A DNA stretch of 64,000 bases, taken from NCBI GenBank assembly GCA_965226795.1, contig CBDDDZ010000005.1, positions 1,728,001 through 1,792,000 on the forward strand, given 5' to 3'. This document shows, in pieces, positions 38,276 to 47,700 of this stretch. A program made the position numbers and the translations under genes. The notes beneath the pieces are model-generated. The model was given only the letters and a program-made list of their open reading frames with translations. It did no database searches and was not told the origin of the DNA. How positions within the stretch are numbered: the first letter of the stretch is position 1; the number at the start of each line of letters is the position of its first letter. This stretch comes from Candidatus Latescibacterota bacterium (GTDB lineage: Bacteria; Latescibacterota; UBA2968; GCA-2709665).

Positions 38276-40530
38276 TCAATCCTTTCCCGGATCATTCCTG
38301 CCGCCGCCAACAGCCATCACCGCCGATGTTTCCTGCTGGCTTTTTACCAGCCGGAAAAAAATACCCTGATTTGACATCAATTCCGGGTGGGTACCCACTT
38401 CCGCCACCCTGCCTTCGTCCAGCACCACCAGCCTGTCCGCGCCGCGAAGTGTGGAGAGCCTGTGTGCGATCGCAAATGTCGTGCGGCCCTTCACAAGCCG
38501 GGAGATCGCCTTCTGAATCTTCCACTCCGTCCGCGCGTCCAGCGAAGACGTCGCCTCATCCAGTATCAGAATACGCGGATCGTGTAGAATCGCGCGATTG
38601 AAATCCGCTGCTTTTCGCCGCCCGACAGCGTTTGAAATCCTCCCTTTTCCCCGACCTTCATATCGTACCCATCCGGCTTTTGAACGATAAACTCGTGCGC
38701 CTCGGCCGCCACGGCCGCCCGTATTACTTCACTGAAGGTTGCATTCGGCTTTCCATAAGCGATATTCTCGGCAATCGTCCCGTCAAAAAGAAACGGATCC
38801 TGCTGAACCATGCCGATCTGGGATCTTAGGTCGTCCAGGCTAACCTGCCGCATCTCCAGCCCGTCGATTTCAATGCGCCCCCGATCCGGATCATAGAACC
38901 GGCAGATCAGATTGATCAACGTGGATTTGCCAGCGCCGGATTTGCCCACGAGGCCGATCATCTCTCCCGGTTTCACGTCAAGGTCAATCCCCTTCAAAAC
39001 CGGTTTTCCACGATCGTAACCGAAATCCACATTCTGAAATTCCACCCGCCCCTCCATCCGTTGCAGTCGAACCTTATTGGCCGTATCACAGGTTTCCGAT
39101 CTTGAATCCAATACCTCAAAAATCCGCTCGGCGCCGGCAAACGCTCGCAGCAGGATATTGTAGAGTTCGCCAAACCACCGCAATGGTTGGTACAACATCC
39201 ACAGATAGCTGATGAAGGCGACCAGGGCGCCTAGCGTCATTTCCCCGCCCAGGATCTGACGGCCGCCAAAATACCAGACCAGGAATACGCCCCAACTCAT
39301 CAGAAAATTCGTTACGGTAAAGAACACGAACCAATTCCGCTCGCCGGCCACACCGACCGCGCGCAGATCCTCGTTCCGTTCATCGAAACGCTCGCTTTCC
39401 CGGGATTCCTGCGCGAACGCCTTCACCACCCGGATGCCGCCAATGGATTCACTTAAGTGCGACGAAAGGCGAGACCACCTGGCGCCCCAACGGATCCAGT
39501 GGTGCATCACGCGCTTCCAGATGAGACTTCCTACGAGTAAAATCGGGGGAATCGGCAGCAGCACAAGAAGCGCAAGTTTCCAGTTTGTCACCAGCAAAAG
39601 GCCCAGAATCCCTATAAACAGCAGCAACTTCGAAACGACAAGAGGAAGATCGGACGCAAGAAACCCCTCCAGCCTGTCAGAGTCATTCGACATCCGTGAG
39701 ATGATACCGCCTATGGTTCGCCGATCGTAAAACCGCAACGGCATGAACTGTAACTTCCGATAAAGATCCGACCGTATGTCCTGCACACCCCCATGTCCCA
39801 GGCGTTGGGCCAGCCATTCCGTACACACCGAAGCCGCCCACAACAGGAGTCGCACCCCCAGCAACCCAAGCACGAGCCAGACCAGCAGATTGAAATTGCC
39901 GCGGGGCGTTAGCACGTCATCGATGATATGCTGTGTGATCCTGGGTGGCAACAGTTCCAACGCGGTCGACAACAGAGTCAGCAGCACGACCGACACCAGC
40001 CGCCACCGCTGCGCGATCAGATATCGCAGGAGGCGGAGCAACGTCTGCCATTTCTTAATGCAGGCCGCACAGATGCCATTCCTTTCCGGCAATAGTCGTC
40101 CACACCTGTCACACCGTGTCCGCTCCACTTCTTCGGACAGGGTCAATTCCTCTCCCTGTGACAGCTGTCGGATGCCGTCCGCCACCTCGGCGAATTTGGG
40201 AATCAATGACTGTGTATACGGTACATAGAGCGGACCTTCTCCCCGTCGATCCACCGCAAGACGACCGCCGCCCACCACCTCTTCCGTCCGGACACCCGCC
40301 AACTCGTCCATCGGCACCACCACCATACCGCTCTCGCCATCGTGCGGAACGACGATCAATCGTCTCTTTGTTACCACCACCCACTGCCGGCCGTACTGCC
40401 GGTTCGGTAACAGATCAGACGACACGTGCAACAGCGCCGGCTCGTCGTTCAGGCCTTCTCTTCGAAGCTTTTCCCACACCGTTTCCGGTAAGGTTTCTTT
40501 AAAGGCTTCCATCCTGGATTCCAATTCCAC
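38276..40530 (-). CDS. ABC exporter (extra N-terminal domain + Zn-ribbon + TMD + NBD), frameshift near 38593
   Basis: CDRC-x10-CAAC, GKSGAGKST and LSGGEKQR. The other frame continues ILHDPRILILDEATSS..AHRLSTLR; about 4 nt are missing from a CG repeat. Confidence 0.9.
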
Positions 40531-40572
40531 CCACGGCGCCGAGACGGTCAGAACCCGACCCCTCGCGCCTGA

Positions 40573-42802
40573 CTACGCTTTCACCGCAATAATCTCGGAA
40601 ACTTCCTGCTGCAAGCGCACCAGATCGTAGAATACACCCTGCTTCGCGAGCAATTCGCGATGTGTGCCGACCTCTACAATCCTGCCGCCAGCCAGAACAA
40701 CCAGCCGATCCGCATTTCGAAGCGTTGACAACCGGTGTGCGATTGCAAACGTGGTCCGACCGCGCACCAGGCAAGACACCGCCTCCTGGATCTGAACCTC
40801 CGTCTGAACGTCGACGCTGGAAGTCGCCTCATCCAGAATCAGGACCCTTGGATCGTGCAGAATCGCTCGTGCAAGGGACACCCGCTGCTTTTCGCCTTCC
40901 GATAGATTCCCACCCCGCTCTCCCACGTCAGTATCATATCCATCGGGCCTGGACACGATAAAGCCATGCGCATTGGCCGCCTTCGCCGCCTCCATGATTT
41001 CAGAGATACTCGCTCCCGGTCTGCCGTAACCGATATTCTCCGCAATGGTTCCGCTGAACAGTATGGGCTCCTGAAGAACAATGCCGATCTGAGCTCGCAG
41101 ATCCTCCAGCCGAATATTCCGAATATCAATACCGTCAATCTCGATTCCTCCTGCATCCACGTCGTAAAACCTGCAGATCAGGTTTACCAGTGTGGTCTTG
41201 CCCACACCCGACTTGCCCACAAGTCCGATCATCTCCCCTGGTTTTACATCCAGCTCGATTCCGCGCAACACGGGTTTGGATTTGTCATATCCAAAGGTCA
41301 CATTTCTAAACTGCACTCGACCTTCCAACATTGGCACGGAGGTTGCTTTAGGGTCGCCGTAGGCTTCCGGCGGTGTATCGATGACCTCGAAGATGCGCTC
41401 GGCCCCGGTAAGCGCGCGGGACATCCAGTTACTGACCATGCCAAACCACTGCAACGGGCCGTAAAGAAGCCACATATAGTTATAGAACGCCATCAGAGTG
41501 CCCAGCGTCAACCCCCCGCCCAGCACCTCCTGCCCGCCAAAAAACCACACAATCAATACGCCCAAACCGGTCAGGAAATTTGTTGTGGTCCAGAAAACCG
41601 CCCAGCTGGTTTCCGCCTGCACTGCCCTTACCGTGAGTTCACGGTTACGCCTTTCGAATACCCCGATCTCGCGCTTCTCCTGCGCAAATGCCTTAACTAC
41701 CCGAATGCCGGACAGGGCTTCGTTCACGCGAGCTATCAATTCCGACCAGCATCTGTACCATTTGACATAGAATCGGCGCATCCGCTTCCAGCATACCGCT
41801 GTTCCTGCCACAACCAGCGGCACGGGTATGAGCACATAGAGCGTCAGGCGCCAGTTCATCCACAGCAACGCCACTACGATACCCAAAAACATCAGGCTGT
41901 TGATGACGAGATACGGCAACCCGTCCACCAGGAAATGCTGCAATCGTTCGGTGTCCCTGGTCACACGAGACATCAGCGCACCCACGTGCCGCCTGTCGTA
42001 AAACTGAAGCGATAGCAATTCCAGACAACGGTAGGAGCTGGCTTCGAATGTCCGCCGTCACCCTCGCGCTCAACCAGGTCGCCGTCCATCCGTGCAGCCA
42101 TTCCGCGCCCCAGGTAATCAACCGTACGCCCACCAGGGCAAGCACCAGGTGAACCAGCAGTTCCAGCCGATCGCCAACGGCCGATGCCGCTTCGGGCGCC
42201 AGAACGTCATCCACGATCAGCCGGGTAATCTGAGGCGGAATCAACTCAGCAGCCGTTGTCAAGATGGTTGCAAGCGCAAGCAACGCCACACGTAACCTGT
42301 AGGGCGTAAGGTACCCTGCGATTCGAGCCAGCACATCCATCCGTTTCAGGCATGCAGGACAGATCCCGTTCTTTTCAGGCAGAAGCCGGCCACAGGACTC
42401 GCATCGATTCCGCTCCGGCGCCATACTCGCCATTAGCGGCTGTGACGTCCGAAGACGCTCAATCCCGCGGGCCAACTCCGAAAACTCCCCCGTCTGGGTT
42501 TGGGAATGGAGTACACGTATTGTTGGCAGGGCCTTGCGTTCGATTTCCAGCTCGGCACCCCCCACAAGGGGTTCTGTACTGGCGCACCTCACATCCTCTA
42601 AAGGAATGTCCACCGTGTCTCGTGTGCCTCCCTCACGCAGCACGAGGATCCGTTTTCGTGTCACGACCACCCACTGTGCGCCATAATCGCCAAGGGCGTC
42701 CATGTCCGAACGCGCTTGCAGCAACGCAGTCTCGCCATCGTCCAAAACGGCGTGTACGTGAGACGCGATGCCGTCGATCGGTTTACCCTGCAATAAATCC
42801 AT
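40573..42802 (-). CDS. ABC exporter paralog (same architecture), +1 frameshift near 42034
   Basis: ORFs 41693..42889 and 40573..42018 join as DIRSQLYRCLELLSLQFYDRR if one C is removed. Motifs: CESC-x10-CPAC, GKSGVGKTT, LSEGEKQR, LDEATSS, AHRL. Confidence 0.9.
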
Positions 42803-42994
42803 TGTACTCACTTCTTCTAATATCTGCGCGCGCAACGACTTCGAATCGCTATGGCACACATCACCCGATGCGACCATTCCCGATAGCATCCGGTTTCAAA
42901 CATCCACATCCCCATCAATCAAAAATTGCCGCCCTTCGTGTGAATGGCGACTTTTCAAAGTTTCTGCAATACGTCCGACTTCCTGCCGGCCGGA

Positions 42995-43639
42995 TCATTT
43001 TACAAGTTCGACGGTGCCCCACAGGCTCGGATCGTACGAAACCGGGAGCGGCTCGTCCGCGGTCCAGAACTGTCGACCCTGTTTCCGATCCTGCAGCAGA
43101 TAGGTAAATCCCAACAGACGGTTTTCTTCCGGATCGAACCCTGTCAAGGATTCGGCCGGCAAATGTACCTCCATCCGGTATCCGGTTCCGGATTCGTCGC
43201 TGGCCACCGGCAACTCCGAAGGTTCGCAGAGCTTCGAGTGCCCGCGAGCCCGCCGGATTCGTACCTGTCCCCCCCTAGGCTTCAGGCTTCCTGCACCGGG
43301 CAGGAAATAGAAGTGGTGGCAGTACCGGCTCGCACGGTGTGCGTTGCGAACATCCCGTGTATCCACCCAGATCTGTAAGCCATCCCCCTGTAACGGACGC
43401 CGGCCGTCCACATTCGCGCCCGCCGCCTTTTTTATATTTGCGGCAAAATAAAGACCGCGCTCGTTCCAGGCGGCGTATACGTCGGCAAACGCCTCTCGTC
43501 CGTCCAGAGCCATAAGATCCGGTATCCGGAACGTCTGGTCCCAATCGTGCAGGTCTCCATCCAGGCACGGCGGTTCTTTCCGATACGGGCACTTCCAGGC
43601 GAAACTGAAGAAAACGCGTTTGGGAATCTCCAGATTCAT
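42995..43639 (-). CDS. CBM9-like (DOMON-like) sugar-binding domain protein
   Basis: LDGDLHDW, YAAWNERGLYF, GDGLQIWVDT, YRMEVHLP and PSLWGTVEL motifs; ATGA overlap with the upstream gene. Confidence 0.75.
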   Translation of the reverse strand: MNLEIPKRVFFSFAWKCPYRKEPPCLDGDLHDWDQTFRIPDLMALDGREAFADVYAAWNERGLYFAANIKKAAGANVDGRRPLQGDGLQIWVDTRDVRNAHRASRYCHHFYFLPGAGSLKPRGGQVRIRRARGHSKLCEPSELPVASDESGTGYRMEVHLPAESLTGFDPEENRLLGFTYLLQDRKQGRQFWTADEPLPVSYDPSLWGTVELVK

Positions 43640-44697
43640 CGATCCATATCTCCGGTCGGCCGAACCAGGTTGCCCGCTTCACGCACAACCGCCGAGTTCT
43701 CCATTGCGTTTCCTTGAACGAGAATCGGCCTGTCCGTTCCAGTCTGGTCGTTGACAATGAGGTCGACATTCTGGAAATGATTTCCGGTAATCGACATGCC
43801 GGCGCCGGTGAGCCAGAGCGGCAAGCGCTCCGTCGGATGCGGCCCCCGAATCACGTTTCCGGAAATGGTCGTATTTAAACCCCGCACATCCATCGCCAAC
43901 CCCAGACTCCCTCCCTCATCTACCATCACTATATTACCTGAAAACACATGGCGCTCGGATTCGGCCCAGGACCGGAACGCAATGTCAAGGTCTCCACCCT
44001 CGCGCACAAATACCTGGTTATTCGCCATAATGATCGAGTCTCCGGCATCGGACCCCACGGCGACGTGTGTTCGTCCTGTAATCTCCACAAAATTGCCCAT
44101 CACAAAACCCGGTCCGCCCAAAAGCTCCACCGCGTCTGAATTCGCATTGCCCAGATGGTTGTTAATGACCCTCATGTTTGGCCCCTGCAGCATAATGCCC
44201 AGCCGCTGGGCATTATGCACCGTGCAGTTCTGTATGGTAATATTGTGCGTGGGTTTCGGACAGAATCCGCCGGGTGCCGCGCAGAATGCCTTGATGCCGT
44301 TGTACTCGAACCGCCCGTGGGAGATATGATGCAACTCGGCACCGTTGTACGGATTCTGATCCCTATTCTGGTCCACCCAGAGATCTCTGATCGTAATATT
44401 CCCTACGCCGTTCCCTATAATGCGGATTACGTTTGTATTCTGTTCAGGCGCCAGAATCAATCGCGTTGACGCGCCCTGCCCCGCGAGCGTCACGTTGCTT
44501 CGGTCGATAATCAGCCCGCCGAGCGTGCCCTCGACCCTTTGGATATCGTAGGCGCCCTCCATCAGAACCACGGTGCCGCCCGATGGCGGGAGCGCTTGTA
44601 TGGCTGCGTAAATTTCCTCCTGATCGCCGCACCCGTCGCCAACAAAATCGGCTGCGGCCCTGGACTTTAGCGACGAATTTCCGGTTGCGACGACCAT
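43636..44697 (-). CDS. Right-handed parallel beta-helix (pectin-lyase-fold) protein
   Basis: DGCGDQEEIYAAI..GGTVVLMEGAYDI N-cap, then repeated ITI.N, I.NN, ISGN and ITGN coils. Confidence 0.8.
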   Translation of the reverse strand: MVVATGNSSLKSRAAADFVGDGCGDQEEIYAAIQALPPSGGTVVLMEGAYDIQRVEGTLGGLIIDRSNVTLAGQGASTRLILAPEQNTNVIRIIGNGVGNITIRDLWVDQNRDQNPYNGAELHHISHGRFEYNGIKAFCAAPGGFCPKPTHNITIQNCTVHNAQRLGIMLQGPNMRVINNHLGNANSDAVELLGGPGFVMGNFVEITGRTHVAVGSDAGDSIIMANNQVFVREGGDLDIAFRSWAESERHVFSGNIVMVDEGGSLGLAMDVRGLNTTISGNVIRGPHPTERLPLWLTGAGMSITGNHFQNVDLIVNDQTGTDRPILVQGNAMENSAVVREAGNLVRPTGDMDR

Positions 44698-44795
44698 CGT
44701 CTTCCCCCGTGTGGTGATCGTGAAACAGCGTTACAAGCGCCATTTTACACCCGGTTCGGTTGCACCCGTCCTTAGAACGGGAGTGACAAGACGCA

Positions 44796-47700
44796 TCAGG
44801 CGGGAACCTGCGGCGAGTGTTGCATAACCGGATCGTCGCGGTCAAGCATCTCTCTCAGAAACCGGCCCGTATAAGACGCATCGACCTGAGCCACTTCCTC
44901 AGGTGTACCGGCCGCAACCAGGTACCCGCCCTCGTCACCTCCTTCCGGTCCGAGGTCGATGATCCAGTCCGCCGTCTTGATGACATCCAGGTTGTGCTCG
45001 ATTACGATTACCGTATTGCCTGCGTCTACGAGTCGATTCAACACAACGAGCAGCCTAGCTACATCAGCAATATGCAGTCCGGTGGTGGGCTCGTCCAGCA
45101 AATACACGGTTTTGCCCGTATTGGGCCGGGCGAGTTCCCTGGCGAGTTTTACCCGCTGTGCTTCCCCTCCCGATAACGTTGTGGACGCCTGCCCCATCTT
45201 GATATACTCCAGTCCCACTTCAACCAGCGTCTTGAGCGTTCGATGGATTCCCGGCACGTTTCCAAACTGTCGCAGTGCCTCGTCTACCGTCATATCCAAC
45301 ACGTCGGCAACCGACCGGCCCTTGTACAGGACATTCACCACATCCCGGTTGTACCGCTTTCCGTTACAATCCTCGCAGGTCACCCAGACATCGGGCAGGA
45401 AATGCATCTCGATACACCGTGAACCCAACCCCTTGCAGGCCTCGCAGCGGCCCTTCCGGTGATTGAAGCTGAAGTGGCCAGGTGAAAACCCGCGGATCCG
45501 CGCATCGGGCAACTGTGCATAGAGCCTGCGAACTCTGTCGAACACCTTCACATAGGTAGCCGGGTTGCTGCGGGATGAAAACCCGATTGGAGACTGGTCA
45601 ATATTGATCACCTTGTCGATGCCATCCATCCCGCGGACCTCGTCGTGATCGGCCGCAGTTCCTCGAACGCCGTTCATTCTCGCCGCCAGTGCCCCGTAAA
45701 GAACGTCGTTCACAAGCGAAGACTTCCCCGATCCCGATACGCCGGTGACGCCGATTAGCTTCCCCAGCGGGAATTTCACGTTTAGACCCTTCAGATTGTT
45801 ATGCCGGGCGCCAACCACCTCGACGCACCCTCTCTGGGCCGACCTCCGTGGCGGCGATTCCACGGCCAGCCTGCCCGCCAGGTACTTCGCAGTTAGAGAT
45901 CCGTTCTCCGAACTCAATAGGTTCGGCGGCCCCTCCGCCACCAACGCTCCTCCGTGGGCTCCCGCACCGGGGCCGAAATCCAAAATGTGATCTGCGGCTT
46001 CCAGCGTTTCGCGATCGTGCTCCACCACCAGGAGGGTATTTCCCAGATCCCGCAGCTGACCCAGCGCAGCAAGCAAACGTCGATTGTCCCGTTGGTGGAG
46101 TCCGATTGTTGGCTCATCCAGCACGTAGAGTACACCGGTCAGACCGGATCCAATCTGGCTGGCCAGGCGAATTCGCTGCGCCTCGCCACCGGATAACGTG
46201 GGAGCCCTGCGCGAAAGAGACAGATAGCCCAAGCCCACTTCGTGCAAGAACCGCATTCGGACGCGGATTTCCTGAAGAACCTCCCCGACGGCGACCAGTT
46301 CACGCTCGGTCAGTACCAGATCCTCAAACCAGCGCCTTGCTTTACCGATGGGCAGGTCAACCAATTCGAAAATCGTCATCCCGCGCAAACGGACCGCGGC
46401 GCTTTCCGGCTTCAGGCGCGCGCCTCTGCACACAAGGCAGGCCACATCTTCTACCAGGTCGCCCATCTTCTCTCGAAAACGGGGCGAACCCCTCACCAGT
46501 TCCTCAAGTGAATTAAATAATCCCTTGTATTTGAATCGCAGGCCATTCGCGTCCTGGATCCATCGTTCACCGGTGCCGTAGAGCAGCACTTCCTGCGCTG
46601 TCTGTGACATATCCAGGATCGGCATTTCGAGGTCGAATTCTCCTGCGTCGCCTACAGCACGAATCAACGCCGCCAATGGACCGTCTTTCAATTCCCCGAG
46701 AACCGGCACGGCCCCTTCGGACACGGACTTTCGGTGATCCGGAATCAGCGTGTTCTTTCCCATCCCCTTCTGGGTTCCCAGGCCCTCGCACGAGGGACAC
46801 CAGCCTTCATGGCTGTTGAATGAAAGGTGCTGCGGCGCGACCTCGTCGAAACTCCTCCCGCACTTCGGGCAGGACAGGACCTGGCTGAATCTGGTTTCCC
46901 GGCCATCGTCGGGCGACGCTGCGATGACAACCCCGCCTGACAACATCAGTGCCTTCTCAATCGAATCGGCAATGCGCTTCCGCACGCCGGGTTTGAGCGT
47001 GACCCGATCCACAAGAATCTCCAGTCTGTGCGACTGTCGATGGTCGATCTCCGCGGGGGACTTCAGGTCAAATACCTCGCCATCCAGCCGGCCCCTCAGA
47101 TATCCGTCCCTCGCTGCCCTGGAGATCAACGCGTCGTAATCCTCCCCTTTGCCCGGCCGCTGCGGGCTAAGCAAATATACCCGTCTCCCCGAGGGCATTC
47201 TCAGGATTCTTTCGACGATTTCCTGTATTGCCAGCGCCCCCGCCCGAACGTCGCAGACCGGACAATAGACCTCTCCCACCAGCGCGAACAGCGCCCTCAA
47301 GTAGTCGTATACTTCCGTTACCGTGCCCACCGTGGAACGCGGATTCTTGCTGGCCGCTTTCTGTTCAATGGCAATCGCCGGCGACAAGCCGACCACGCGC
47401 TCGACCTTTGGTTTGGGCAGCTGACCCAAAAACTGGCGAGCGTATGCCGAGAGCGATTCCACATATCGCCTCTGCCCCTCGGCGAAAACCGTATCTAGCG
47501 CCAGCGAAGACTTGCCCGATCCAGAAACACCCGATACGACGGTCAGCTTCTCGCGCGGAATTCGCACATCCACGTTCCGAAGATTGTTCTCCCTGGCGCC
47601 GGTAACCTGGATTTCTCGAATCAGACCCTTGCCTCCGCTTCGACGGCTTCGCGCTCCATCGCTCCCGACCGGGTCGTGTCCGTGCTTCAATGCGGAGCGC

